DNA from: Proteromonas lacertae
Taxonomy: Eukaryota
NCBI GenBank assembly: GCA_002245135.1
Contig: NGBS01000305.1
Span: 124,001 to 188,000, forward strand
Length of the DNA stretch: 64,000 bases
Direction: 5' to 3'
The notes beneath the pieces were generated by a model. That model was given only the letters and a program-made list of their open reading frames with translations. It was not told where the DNA came from and made no database searches. Within the stretch, counting starts at the first letter, position 1. Each line of letters begins with the position of its first letter. Of the stretch, positions 1 to 11,874 are shown one piece after another. The translations under genes were made by a program, and so were the position numbers.

Positions 1-1893
1 TAAATATGCTTTTGTATCAAATGGTAAAGCAGAATCATCCACTTCTGGAAGTATAAACTTTCGGTAATTTCCTAATAAATTAGCTATAAAATCAACACAT
101 GTAAATCTCATTTCTTCTACCCAATTATTACCTTCTATATTTTCACTAAATTTCTTTGAATCTTCTTTAACGATAGAATTCTTTCTTTTTAATATTGGAT
201 TTTCTTCTAATGGACTATCCATTGATAATTTGGAGAATATTTTCTTTGGTTTTATTCCATATTGAAATCGAATAATCAATGGTCTTGGTAAGGTTTTTAT
301 ATCTGTCAATATCTCTGAAAGTGGTTTTTCAATAACACTTTTATCTATATATATATAAATAATATAATATTTAAAATACTATTTAATCCAATTACAATAC
401 TTCCAACTCTTATACAACCACACTTCTCACCTTGACTCATTTGACCTTCATCCACTCTTCTAAATCCTTTCACAACTAATAAGTTCTTTTCTTCAGTATC
501 TCCTTCATCTAATATTCCCATATCATTGGTTAATTCTGTTCCTAATGGACCTGGACCAAAGGTTACATCATATACTAAATATTTACCATCTTCTGATTCA
601 TGTACTATTTTTACAGCTGGTTTTGGAACAATTGATTTTAATGAATTAAGTAATTTCTTGGATAATGATGATGGAAAGTCTGGTTGTTTTTTCATTAATT
701 CTTTTGGGATATTTACTTCATCCATATCTAAATGAACTAAAATAACTCTATCGTCGATTTCTTTGGTATAATCTAATGCTTGTGTTGAAATACCCATCAC
801 ATATGGAGTTGGAGACTATAAATAAAAATTATAATAAATACATCTAAACATTCAGTTAAATCTAATGGCAATAATGGAACATACGATAAAACCCATTGAA
901 ATGGAAATAACAATGATATTAAAGCTTCAGTACACATTGTCAATTTATCAACATGATTACTATAAAATAATATCTTTTGTTGAAGTAATAGAAATCTGAA
1001 TATTTGAACAATATGTTCTGAACTTAAACATCGACATAATATAGTAAACAATCATCATCCATTAGTGGAAATGTAGATGTTGGTGGATAAATAAACTCTA
1101 ATGTACGAGGTCCAAATGGAAACTATTTCATAATAAATAATTAAATAAAAATACTTTTACTAAACATCCTGGTGATATTGGTGGTGTTCCATTGATTAAA
1201 TTGGCTATATTACATTCAATAGGGAAATCTATTGGTTGATTGGATTCTAATACTTTCAATAACTCAGGATCAACTCTTACAGAAGCTATTTAAATATGAA
1301 TATAATTTATTAATACCTCTTCTAAGATTAGAAAAAAACATTGTCACTTCACTACTTCTATCTTCTGTTAATGCTTCATCTGAATTTCCTTCTATACATT
1401 TACGATATACTTCTCTTAAGAAATGAGAAAAGAAGGAGAAAAAGGGGAAATGACTTAATATACAGAATGATTTTGGAACATATAATTGTTTGTCTTTTTC
1501 TTCTTCTTCTATCTTTCCGTATGTTTCATAATATTGAAGTGCAACACCATAACTACGTAACCCTTCTCTATAATAATAAAATTATTAGTTTATTATCTAT
1601 TATACCCTCCTGTTAGTGAGAATGAAAAGATGTTTGGCGATCTTTGTTCTAATGTCATTGGGGCAATTTGCATTCCAAGTGGAACACAAAACTAAAAATT
1701 ATTTTTGATTTTATACCATAGCTATAGAAACTGGCATTTCAGTATCATCCCAGTCTTTTTCAGGATATCTATCGACTATAACTGGCTCAACATTTTCAGG
1801 TGTTACATCAGGATCTAGCGAATGAACCAAAAAGAAAATACTGTCAGGATTGACTCCAACAACCATGAAATAATCGACCAACCTTCGAGACAT
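1..1893 (-). CDS. DENN-domain protein (Rab GEF family) with downstream PDZ-like segment; multi-exon, 3' end runs off the window
   Basis: uDENN start MSRRLVDYFMVVG..IVDRYPEKDW; cDENN motifs LLLQQKILFYS..LTMCTEALISLLFPFQWVLSYVPLLP and PTPYVMGI; PDZ-like YDVTFGPGPLG..IRVGSIVIGLN; introns e.g. 1692-1716 (25 nt) and 1815-1841 (27 nt). Confidence 0.9.
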
Positions 1894-2008
1894 GTTTTTA
1901 AAACTATAATTTTATTTAAATGTTTTTCTGTGAATAGAAATCCTAAAAAACAACAAAGTGTATCAAAAATTAATCCGTTAATATCATTCAAAATAGATTA
2001 GAAAAGAA

Positions 2009-3192
2009 ATGGCTCAAGAGTCAGATATTCGTATATTTTCAAATCCAATGTTATGTAGCAACTGAATTTATTCCAACAAAGAGAGCTATATTTTCAAAAG
2101 AGGATTTAGAGGAGTTCTTAGAATCGCAAGTAAAATTTCTATCAGTTATATTTTAGGCATACAAGCATATAATAGCATTTGTCAAATTGTGTGGACAGGC
2201 ATGTAGAGAAAAGAAAAATTCCTGCGAATGCTTAATGTCACCAGTATAACTTTATATTGTTAAATAAATAGATAATTTATAAAATTCTTGATCTTTTAGA
2301 AATATTAAACAAGTGGATAGATGAAATACCTCCATTAACACAACCTCAAAGATATGGTAATAAAGCTTATCGTATATGGGCAACTAGGCTAGTAGATGTA
2401 TTTATTCAACTATTAATTATAATAACAATAGAAAAGTGAAGGATTATGTAGAAATATTTTACCACCAGAATTTGAAAAAGCATCAATAGAATTAAGTTCT
2501 TATTTAAATGACAGTTTTGGCAATCAAACCAGAATAGACTACGGAACAGGTCATGAATGTACATTTATCTTATTTCTCTGTGGTTTATATAAATTACAAA
2601 TAATAAAAAAAGATGATTTAACCGCTGTTGTGACTAAAGTTTTTACTCGTTATATTTCACTATGTAGAAGAATACAATTGACGTATATGTTAGAAGCAGC
2701 TGGTACACATGGTGTTTGGTCTTTAGATGATTATCAAATGTTAGTTTTCTTCTTTGGAGCTTCACAATTAGTGAGTATATAATATATATATATATATTTT
2801 CTATTTTTATTTTTTGTTATATAGATAATGAAGATATTGAACCAGGTTCAATTTTTAAAGATGAAATATTAAATAAATACAGTAATGACTATTTATACGT
2901 CGATGCTATAGCGTTTATTAAGAAAGTGAAGATCGGAGAGTTTTATGAACATTCTCCTATTCTAAATGAAATAAGTCATTTACCTAAGTGGGATAAGATT
3001 ATGATTAGAATGTATTCAATATTTGAAACCGAAGTTTTACATAAATTTCCTGTTATTCAACATTTTAGGTTTGGTAATTTGTTTAAATGTGAATGGACAC
3101 CTAGTGCTAATCCTGATGATAGAGAATATGTGAAATTAAAACCACCTCCAATGGAGGAACAGAAGAATAATATAATTAATGAAGAAAAGTAA
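2009..3192 (+). CDS. PTPA: PP2A phosphatase activator (PTPA/RRD family), multi-exon
   Basis: Spliced translation gives EIPPLTQPQRYGNKAYR, SFGNQTRIDYGTGHE, YMLEAAGTHGVWSLDDYQ, F.EHSPILNEIS, YxxEVLHKFPVIQHFRFG-like C-terminus; first intron 2031-2058. Confidence 0.93.
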
Positions 3193-3774
3193 ATATTAAA
3201 CTAATCAATATATTTGTATTACATAATTGATAGAATATATATCGAAATTGTTGATATATTAATGTTTTTTAAATTTGGGGTTATTTTTCACTCATTTTTC
3301 ATAACCCAATAGTTATGTTTTTTCATTCTTCGTTTTTGTTTTTTGTATTTAATTGATATGTGATCAACTTTATATCTCCAATATTTATTATATATTTCAT
3401 CAAAATCATTATGCAATTGAAATAATGTTAATATAAGGATGTATCAAAGATTCGAGATTATACTTTTTTGATTTATAAAAATGGAATGAGTATATATGAG
3501 CATGATAAACTCAAATATAAAGTGATTTGAAAAGACACATTGTTTATAACTAATACAGTGTAATACACCACAGTTGTATTGTTGAACGTATCTCAAATTA
3601 TTTCAATACAGTGTATGTTATTATTTATGAAACTCTCTAATATTAATATATTAATTATGATAAACCTAATTTAGTAAATGATTTGTTCGTTTGCTGTAAT
3701 TTGTCGATCTATTTCTTTTTTTTTTCTAATTTTCTTTATTATATTCAATATATGTTTATATTTTTAATAGAATA

Positions 3775-6700
3775 ATGAATAGACTTCATTTATTATTGTT
3801 GTTCTTAGCCAGTTTCCAGTTAATTCTGTGTAGTTGTCCAGGAAACTGTAATTCCCATGGTACATGCACTGATAATGTATGTACTTGTGACAAAGATGCT
3901 GATGGCGCACCATTATACATGGGAAGTGACTGTGGTCAAAGAGTATGTCCAATGGGTTTTAGTTATGGAGTTCATCAAGTGAAACCATATAATGATAGAA
4001 CCTCAGATAGTAATTTGATAGGAAACAAAAGAAGATTATCATCTTCTAACAGTTTATTAAGATCATTGAAAGATAATGTCAGTTATTACAGCAGGTTGTT
4101 ATTTGATAGTGTAGTTGGTGGTAGATATTTAGCTGAAACTCCAGTTTATACAGTAGAGAGTTATAGAATGATCAATTCCAGAGAATTTCAAATTACATTT
4201 TCAACTGTATTTGATTATTTAGGTACAGTTGGTGGAATAATGAGTGTGAAGAGTAAAGAAGATGAAATGGAATTAGGAACTTGTAAAATACTTGGAATTA
4301 GTGGTGCTAGTGCAAAAAAAGCTACTACTTTATTTATTCGATTTGAATTTGAGGTGATGAATAATTTCTATACACCAAGTGATTATGAATATACAGTAAT
4401 TCAAGCATTTAATGATTATTCATTGTATGAAGTAGCAACACCAAATTGTAGTAAAGGTGCTAATGATGAAGTTAGCTGTGAATTGGTATGGCCAAAAGTT
4501 GATTATTATTTAGCACAATCAGGTTATAATCCAAGTAAAACTACTAAAAATTTCTGTTGTAAAGATACTGTATATGCATTTGACTTAGATATTGTAAAGA
4601 ATGATGATTTCAATAATATTGGAAATGTAAAATTTACAATTACATCACCAACTCCTGAATTGAAAGGAGATGAAGAATGTAGAGTAATTGCTGATGGTGA
4701 TGATAAAACATGTAATGATAATGAATATAGTAAACTTCCTTCATTAGTTGATGATAAAACTAAAATACCAACAGTTATTGATGGTGTAAATGGATATATC
4801 TATAAAATAAATAATATAAATGTTGATGGAAAAATAACTGCAAATGCTGATGCTAAAGTTGGTAGTTATGATTGTTATGATATTAGCAGTGGTTTAAATG
4901 TAGGTAAAGCAATAGTATTAAGAAAAGAAAGTGATTATGTTTATGTTTTTTATGAATTTATAGAGAATGATGTTGTTATTCCATCTGATTATACTTTATT
5001 AAATGGTAATGAATTAACAGATTTTTCAGTATTAAATGGAATAAAGATTGATTCAAAATGTACAGCTAATAATTGTGATATTATTTGGAAAGGATTTAAG
5101 TCAATATTATCTACAATAACAGAAGGTACTGAAGTTAATTTTGCCTGTAAAAGTTCTATTACTCATACAATTGAAACAATACCATTTACAGCTAAAACAA
5201 CAAGTGAATCTGAAGATATAATATTCAAACCAAAAGATGCTAAAGTAATACCCAAAGCTAATGATTATTGTTATTTATTAAGAAAGGTTGATGGTAAAGT
5301 TGAATTAGAAGATAGTATGATAGGTAAAATTCCCTACATCTTAGATTCAAATCCATTAGTAATTAATGATAATAAAAGATTATTCAAAGTGAGTGATAAA
5401 GTTTCATTTAAAGAAGATCCTAATAAAGTTGAAAAAGTAAGTCAGTTTAAATGTTATTCATTAGATAATAATCAATATTTGGGTTTAGCTGATGTTTATC
5501 TTTATGAAAGTAATATTTATTACATTTATTATGATTTTATTGGTATGAATGTTATTCCAGATCCATCTAATTATAGATATGAATTGTATTATAAATATAA
5601 TGATTTATCATTGATTAATCCAATCAAAGTATCTGAGAAATGTACAGCCAAAGTTGAAGCAGCTGATGCTAAATGTGAGATGAGAATGATCAATTATAAA
5701 GATATTTTAACCAAAATTGCATCAGCAATAACAGATACTAAAGAAGTTACATTCACTTGTGTTAATAATGTCAAAGAAGAAAAGAATTATGATTTTACTA
5801 CTTCAATTAAAGATAAAGAAAATGATATTATATTTAATATAAAAGCTGATGCTGATTCTGTTCCATCAGTTGGTGATATTTGTTATTTACAATCAGATTT
5901 TAAAGGTGCAAAACCAAAAGATGGTACAAGTGATTTTGATAAATTATCAAAATTAATGAATGTTGGAACAATGATAGATGGTAATAGAGTTGTGTATAAA
6001 GTAAAAACAACTTTAGATAGTTCAATAACAAGTGTATTAACTAATTCAATCGGTACAATGACTGTTAAAGATGGTAAAGGAGTTGTATTAGGAACAGCAA
6101 CTTTATTAGGTGAAGATAAGAAACTTTCAGGTGTTTATAACATTTATTATGATTTCTTAAAGGGAAATGAATTACCAAACCCTGACAAATACACTTATGA
6201 TAAAGCTGTTGAATTAACTGATTTAGCTTTATTTAATCCAATAGTAATGCCAACTAGTGAAAATCCTGAAGAGAAATATGATATTGTATGGAAAGGAATG
6301 AAGAAAGTGTTAATTGATATGGGATTTTATGGATCAACAGATCCTACAGTAGATGCACCAATTACCATTACTGTTACATTTGCTTGTGTTAATCCTGTTG
6401 ATGGTGTTGTAACTGAAATTGATTATGAAAGTAAATATGAATTAAATGAAAATGTAATTGATGCTGTTTTTACAAAGTCAGGTAGTGAAAAACCATCTGG
6501 TCAAACATGTATGTTGGTTAATGATATTACTAATCTTCCTACTTTAACTTCTATTACTCCATACCCTCAATTAGATGGAAATACTGTTGTTGCTATAATA
6601 AATGATTATAGAGTTTATAAAGTGAAGAATTTAGGTAATTTAAAAATGACCAATAGTATTGGTGAATTGAAATGTTATAATAAATTATCCAATGATTATT

Positions 6701-9700
6701 TAGGTAAAGCATATGTGATGGGTAAAGTTACTGATGTCTATTTGATTAGATATGAATTTGATAATGAAGATGGAGTTGTTACACCTCAACCATTCTTATA
6801 TGATTGTAAAGTAACCAAAGAATATAATGATTTAAGTTTATTATTCCAAATGAAAGTAACAGAAGATGGTAAAATTGATTTTACAGAAGAGAATAATATA
6901 AAAACATTAAGCGATCATGATTATAATGTTGGATGTGTAAATCCACAAACAAATAGATTAAAAGTATATAGCTGTAGTTATGCTGATTCTTCATTTACTT
7001 GTAGCGATGTTAAAGTTGGCTATATTTGTGGTTTAATTATTACAACAGATGATAAACCAATAGATAATCCAATGTTGAGTGATTTAGGAAAGAAGTATTT
7101 GAATGAACCAAAACCAAGTAGTGAATGGGTTGAAAAATCAGCGTCTCAAAAGGTTGAGAAATTATATGGAAATATATATAAAGTAAGTGGAGTAAGTTAT
7201 GATATTGGTGAGAGTGGTGGATTATTGAAATGTTATAATAAAGATTATTCAGTAGTGTGTGATGCAACAGTATTATTAAAGAAAGGAAATTATTATTATA
7301 TTGAATATGGAAAGGAATTTAGTGATAGTGATAAAGCTGAGAATTATAATTGTTATTTACAATATCAATATCATGATTTATCAATGTTTACATCAAGTGC
7401 AACAATTAGTAATGATGTTTTGAAATTAGCTAATTATGGTTACTTTTTACAGGAATTAGGTTTCTTTGATACAATGACTGAAACTAAACAATATGAGTTT
7501 CTATGTGGAGATTATACTTCTAAAACATTTACACCTTTTACAGGAACAATTAAAGATAAAATTGGTAATAATCAATATACTGAATATAATTCAGGTAATG
7601 TTGAATTTAAACTGGTAGGTGCTTCTGGAAAATGTCATTTAATGAGTTTATTAAATGGTTATTCATTATTTAGTGGAAATTCAGATTTTTATAAAATGTA
7701 TCATATGGATGAAAATAGCTACAATGATAAACCATATACTGTTGCTGATTCATCAAATAAGGTATTTAAAGTATATAATTATGCATTGAAAGGAGGAAAA
7801 CTAGGAAGTGATTTGAAATGTTATAAGAAAGATGGAAATGTTAAAGCCATTTTATTAAATGAAGTAGATGGTTATACATATATAAAATATACTGAAGAAG
7901 CTACTCCAGAAACATATTATAGATGTGAAATATCATTACAACATAATGATTTTACACTTTATTATCCAACTAGTCCAGTAACTGATGGTAAAATAACATG
8001 GACTGGAATAGCTGATAATGCATTAAAAGCTGGAATACCTGATGTTGGTTCAATAGTAAAATTTGCATGTGGAGAAACTACAGAAAAGAGTGAAATATCA
8101 ATTTATATATTTAAAGTTACATCTACAGATAGTGGTAATATTGTATATACATTGGAAGATGTAAAAACACCAACTAAAGATGATATATGTTATTTGTTAT
8201 TAGATGGAAATGGTAAAGAAATTGATTTAAAGTTAAGTGATTTATATAAATACTTCATTAAAGAAGTTATGACAGATAAACCAAGCATTAAACAGTCTAC
8301 AGCAGATAGTACTTATCTAGTAAAAGGTATGAAATATGATGTTGGTAAAGAAGGTGGATTATTGAAATGTTATAAATCTAATACATATGCGTGTGATTCT
8401 CAAATATTATTGAAAGAGAATGATTATTATTATATCAAATATGATACAAGTAAATGTCCAACTCCTAATACAATTAATTATGATTGTCATTTGCTATATG
8501 AGTATAGTGATTTATCAATGTATAACCCAATCCCTTCTACTGAATGTGCTTTAGATGCTGAATGTACTTTTAAGTGGTCAAATATGGGATATTATTTACA
8601 AGAGTTTAATTTCTTTAAATCAACATTAGATTCATTGAAAATGGTTTGCTATGATGATAAAACATCAATAGAATTACCTGTAACAGTAGATCCTGCACCA
8701 ACTTTACCATTTACACCTAAATCATTAGGAGATATAACATTTAAGAGTAGTGGAGATCATGTTGCAATCACTGTAGATTTTAATTGTTATTTATTAAGTT
8801 CATTTGATGGTAAAGAATTGAAATTAGAAGATAGTGATTTGAAGAAAAAACATTTATCACCATCTCAACCAACTCCAAAGGTTGTTTTGGTGGATGGTTC
8901 ATCTGTAATATATAAAGTAAGTGGAATAAAGTATGATGTTGGAAAAGAAGGTGGTTCATTAGAGTGTTTTAATGATGCTAATGAATATAAATGTGATGCA
9001 CAAATACTATCACAAGAAAATGATTATTATTATGTGAAATATGGAAGTGGATGTAGTGAAGATGATAAAACTAAATATAATTGTAATTTGAAATACAAAT
9101 ATAATGATATGTCAATGTATTTAGGAGAAGGAACAGCAAGTGGATGTGATGGAGCTGATGCTAGTAAAACATGTACTATTACTTGGAGTGATGTTGGATT
9201 TTATTTTAATAAAGTAATGAATAATAAACCTGATAAATGGACAATATCTTGTTTTACTACTACTGAACCTATTACTATTAAAGAGATTACTGAAGGTAGT
9301 TTGAATGATCTTAGTAGTACAACTGTTGCTATTCCAGATAATGTAGTTATTACAATTACACCATCTGTAGATTTATCTTCTTATGAGTGTTATTTAGTGT
9401 ATAATTTTGATGGAAATAAAGGTTTAGTTTTTGAGAATAGTGATTTGTTTAAACAGAAACTATATTATATTCCCACTTATTTTGATAGAACAGCAGCACA
9501 AACTCAATCAACTGCAGAACCAATATCTACAGACAGTAAAATATATAAAGTGAATGGATTAGATTATAGTATTGCTGATGATGAAATGGGAATTTTAGAT
9601 TGCTCTAAAAGTGATTCATCAATTACTGCTGAATTATTATATGTTGATAGTGATGGTAGTTATTATATTAAATATGATTCTAGTATTACTGATGTTAAAA

Positions 9701-11718
9701 CTACATCATGTAGTTTAAGAGATGCAAATAATGATTTATCATTAATAAATCCAACAACAATAGGAGCTGATTGTGCTGTAGGTAATTGCAGGATTGAATG
9801 GAAAGAAATTGCCTTTTATGTTAAAGAAGCTGATTTTCCAATAGAGGAAGAAAAAACAATGAAATTTGCATGTGTTTCAAAAACTGGTGATAATGAAGGA
9901 AAAGTGAATGAATATGTATTTACATCAACAGCAATGACTGACAAAGATTTAACAAAAGATAAACCAGGTGATTTAATATTTAATATTGCTGCTGATAGTA
10001 AAACAGCTCCTAAAGAAACTGATATTTGTTATCCCATCGCAGATTTCAATGGAAATGCAATTGATATAAGTAATACTGATTTAAAATATTACAGATTAAA
10101 TTCAAGAAATAAAGCAATTGAAGAATACATATATAAATCTCATGGTGTTACAAGAAAAGATGAAACAGTTTATCAAGTAGAAGGAAGTTATTCAGTAGAT
10201 AAAGCTGGAGGAACTATAAGATGTAATGACTTAAATAGTGGTAAGTATTTAGGAAAAGGTGATATATTAGGTTTGGTAAATGGAAATTCCAATAAATATT
10301 ATATTCGTTATGATTTTGAAGTTCCAAGAAAATCAAGTGATATTGATGAAGATGATTTAGAAGAAGATATTCATTATTATCATAATCCATCTGATTATAA
10401 ATGTACAGTAGAGAATGTAAGAAAAGATTTATCCTATTATAATCAACCAAAAGTAGAGAATGAATGTTATGGAAAGAAAGGAAGTGTAAATGCAAAATGT
10501 TCATTAGAATGGAAAGTTCCAGCTAAAGTGTTTGAAGATATGGGATTTTTGAGTAGTAATAATGGAAGAAGATTATTAAATGAAGAGAATAATGAGATAA
10601 TATTAGGTGGAAATGATGCAAATAATAATTATTGTGCGTTTGTATTTAGTTACAGTGTAAATGGTAAAGGAACATTGAGTTTAGAGATTGATAAGAATTC
10701 AGAAACAGTTCCAGCTGATGGTTCAAAATTAAATCCAATAGCCACACCTGAAGGTCCAGTGAAATTACCACCAAGTGTTGATGAAGAAAAAAAATCAAAT
10801 CCAAAAGAATTAGCAGTTGCTATGTATACTTCTATACCTGAAATACAAAATGAAATGAAAGAGATGGAGATTTCTTCTGCAGTTGTTATTGTGAAGAATA
10901 ATGAAGATGGAAAAGTTGTTGGTGTTAAAACTGAAGCAAGTGATGATGAATTAGATAATCCAAATTTAACTGTAGAAAAGGCTGATGATAGTAAAGTAGT
11001 GTTTATAAGGACAATAATTCTAAACAATAATGAATTTGAAATTAAACCAAAAGAAGTGAAGAAAGTGAAGAAGAATTTAGTTATAGGAAATCCAGTATCA
11101 TTCAATCCCAATATTGATGGAAATAGACAGATACAAACAGCTATTAGTAGTATTACTTATGATAAAGAAGGAAATTGTATTATTAAAACAGTGAAAGGAA
11201 TAGAAGATGAAGAAAATGAAGAAGAAAGAAGAAGAATACTAAATACTGTAACAAAAGATATTACGTTTGGAGAATGTGGAGATGATGGCAAGCCATGTAA
11301 TCATGAATATATGGAATGTAGTGGTGTTGGAACATGTGATAGAGAAAGTGGTGTATGTAAATGTTATAATGGATTTACTGGTTCAGCTTGTGAAAGGATG
11401 AATTGTCCAAATAACTGTAATAATCATGGGAAATGTGTATTTACTGAAGTTTTAATTCCATCTGCAGTTGGTTATGCTGGTTATGGTGGAGGTAGTGATA
11501 ATTCTGCAAATAAAAACACGAATAGTGTTTATGGATGTAAATGTGATAGTGGTTATAGAGGAGCTGATTGTTCATTGAAAGAATGTCCAAGTGAAGCTAA
11601 TAATGGTGATAAAGATAGAGATTGTAGTAATCATGGTTTATGTGATTATTCAGATGGAAGTTGTAAATGTTTTGATGGTTATTATGGTGAAGCTTGTCAA
11701 TACAGCAACACAAACTAA
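3775..11718 (+). CDS. Giant secreted protein (2647 aa, single exon): signal peptide, mastigoneme/Sig1-type EGF modules at both ends, 11 internal ~200-aa repeats
   Basis: Uninterrupted ORF; hydrophobic N-terminus; CPGNCNSHGTC..GSDCGQRVCPMG at N-terminus; HEYMECSGVGTCDRESGVCKCYNGFTGSACERMNCPNNCNNHGKC..GCKCDSGYRGADCSLKECP..DCSNHGLCDYSDGSCKCFDGYYG at C-terminus; no obvious TM segment. Confidence 0.85.
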   Translation: MNRLHLLLLFLASFQLILCSCPGNCNSHGTCTDNVCTCDKDADGAPLYMGSDCGQRVCPMGFSYGVHQVKPYNDRTSDSNLIGNKRRLSSSNSLLRSLKDNVSYYSRLLFDSVVGGRYLAETPVYTVESYRMINSREFQITFSTVFDYLGTVGGIMSVKSKEDEMELGTCKILGISGASAKKATTLFIRFEFEVMNNFYTPSDYEYTVIQAFNDYSLYEVATPNCSKGANDEVSCELVWPKVDYYLAQSGYNPSKTTKNFCCKDTVYAFDLDIVKNDDFNNIGNVKFTITSPTPELKGDEECRVIADGDDKTCNDNEYSKLPSLVDDKTKIPTVIDGVNGYIYKINNINVDGKITANADAKVGSYDCYDISSGLNVGKAIVLRKESDYVYVFYEFIENDVVIPSDYTLLNGNELTDFSVLNGIKIDSKCTANNCDIIWKGFKSILSTITEGTEVNFACKSSITHTIETIPFTAKTTSESEDIIFKPKDAKVIPKANDYCYLLRKVDGKVELEDSMIGKIPYILDSNPLVINDNKRLFKVSDKVSFKEDPNKVEKVSQFKCYSLDNNQYLGLADVYLYESNIYYIYYDFIGMNVIPDPSNYRYELYYKYNDLSLINPIKVSEKCTAKVEAADAKCEMRMINYKDILTKIASAITDTKEVTFTCVNNVKEEKNYDFTTSIKDKENDIIFNIKADADSVPSVGDICYLQSDFKGAKPKDGTSDFDKLSKLMNVGTMIDGNRVVYKVKTTLDSSITSVLTNSIGTMTVKDGKGVVLGTATLLGEDKKLSGVYNIYYDFLKGNELPNPDKYTYDKAVELTDLALFNPIVMPTSENPEEKYDIVWKGMKKVLIDMGFYGSTDPTVDAPITITVTFACVNPVDGVVTEIDYESKYELNENVIDAVFTKSGSEKPSGQTCMLVNDITNLPTLTSITPYPQLDGNTVVAIINDYRVYKVKNLGNLKMTNSIGELKCYNKLSNDYLGKAYVMGKVTDVYLIRYEFDNEDGVVTPQPFLYDCKVTKEYNDLSLLFQMKVTEDGKIDFTEENNIKTLSDHDYNVGCVNPQTNRLKVYSCSYADSSFTCSDVKVGYICGLIITTDDKPIDNPMLSDLGKKYLNEPKPSSEWVEKSASQKVEKLYGNIYKVSGVSYDIGESGGLLKCYNKDYSVVCDATVLLKKGNYYYIEYGKEFSDSDKAENYNCYLQYQYHDLSMFTSSATISNDVLKLANYGYFLQELGFFDTMTETKQYEFLCGDYTSKTFTPFTGTIKDKIGNNQYTEYNSGNVEFKLVGASGKCHLMSLLNGYSLFSGNSDFYKMYHMDENSYNDKPYTVADSSNKVFKVYNYALKGGKLGSDLKCYKKDGNVKAILLNEVDGYTYIKYTEEATPETYYRCEISLQHNDFTLYYPTSPVTDGKITWTGIADNALKAGIPDVGSIVKFACGETTEKSEISIYIFKVTSTDSGNIVYTLEDVKTPTKDDICYLLLDGNGKEIDLKLSDLYKYFIKEVMTDKPSIKQSTADSTYLVKGMKYDVGKEGGLLKCYKSNTYACDSQILLKENDYYYIKYDTSKCPTPNTINYDCHLLYEYSDLSMYNPIPSTECALDAECTFKWSNMGYYLQEFNFFKSTLDSLKMVCYDDKTSIELPVTVDPAPTLPFTPKSLGDITFKSSGDHVAITVDFNCYLLSSFDGKELKLEDSDLKKKHLSPSQPTPKVVLVDGSSVIYKVSGIKYDVGKEGGSLECFNDANEYKCDAQILSQENDYYYVKYGSGCSEDDKTKYNCNLKYKYNDMSMYLGEGTASGCDGADASKTCTITWSDVGFYFNKVMNNKPDKWTISCFTTTEPITIKEITEGSLNDLSSTTVAIPDNVVITITPSVDLSSYECYLVYNFDGNKGLVFENSDLFKQKLYYIPTYFDRTAAQTQSTAEPISTDSKIYKVNGLDYSIADDEMGILDCSKSDSSITAELLYVDSDGSYYIKYDSSITDVKTTSCSLRDANNDLSLINPTTIGADCAVGNCRIEWKEIAFYVKEADFPIEEEKTMKFACVSKTGDNEGKVNEYVFTSTAMTDKDLTKDKPGDLIFNIAADSKTAPKETDICYPIADFNGNAIDISNTDLKYYRLNSRNKAIEEYIYKSHGVTRKDETVYQVEGSYSVDKAGGTIRCNDLNSGKYLGKGDILGLVNGNSNKYYIRYDFEVPRKSSDIDEDDLEEDIHYYHNPSDYKCTVENVRKDLSYYNQPKVENECYGKKGSVNAKCSLEWKVPAKVFEDMGFLSSNNGRRLLNEENNEIILGGNDANNNYCAFVFSYSVNGKGTLSLEIDKNSETVPADGSKLNPIATPEGPVKLPPSVDEEKKSNPKELAVAMYTSIPEIQNEMKEMEISSAVVIVKNNEDGKVVGVKTEASDDELDNPNLTVEKADDSKVVFIRTIILNNNEFEIKPKEVKKVKKNLVIGNPVSFNPNIDGNRQIQTAISSITYDKEGNCIIKTVKGIEDEENEEERRRILNTVTKDITFGECGDDGKPCNHEYMECSGVGTCDRESGVCKCYNGFTGSACERMNCPNNCNNHGKCVFTEVLIPSAVGYAGYGGGSDNSANKNTNSVYGCKCDSGYRGADCSLKECPSEANNGDKDRDCSNHGLCDYSDGSCKCFDGYYGEACQYSNTN
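4140..10760 (+). repeat. Internal protein repeat array, 11 units of ~180-230 aa
   Basis: [NTHSK]D[LFYM][SAT] anchor at 4411, 5017, 5599, 6217, 6826, 7372, 7945, 8506, 9103, 9730, 10423, with recurring YKV..G..CY..A..L..YYI.Y, I.W, F.C and CYL elements. Confidence 0.85.
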
Positions 11719-11874
11719 AATGAAGTATTATTGAAAATCTATTCATTTTTTAGAAAAGTGAAAATGAAAAAACCTTAATAAAAACTGAAAATTCTTTTCT
11801 AAATTGTTTGTGTTAATGGAATGAAAAACAAAAACAAAAATTATTATATAATATCAAGAAGTAATATCAATATT

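Noticed and set aside
3550..3620. AATACAGTGTA direct repeat and weak hairpin upstream of the giant gene
   Set aside because: Only two short copies with imperfect pairing; insufficient for an ncRNA or regulatory call
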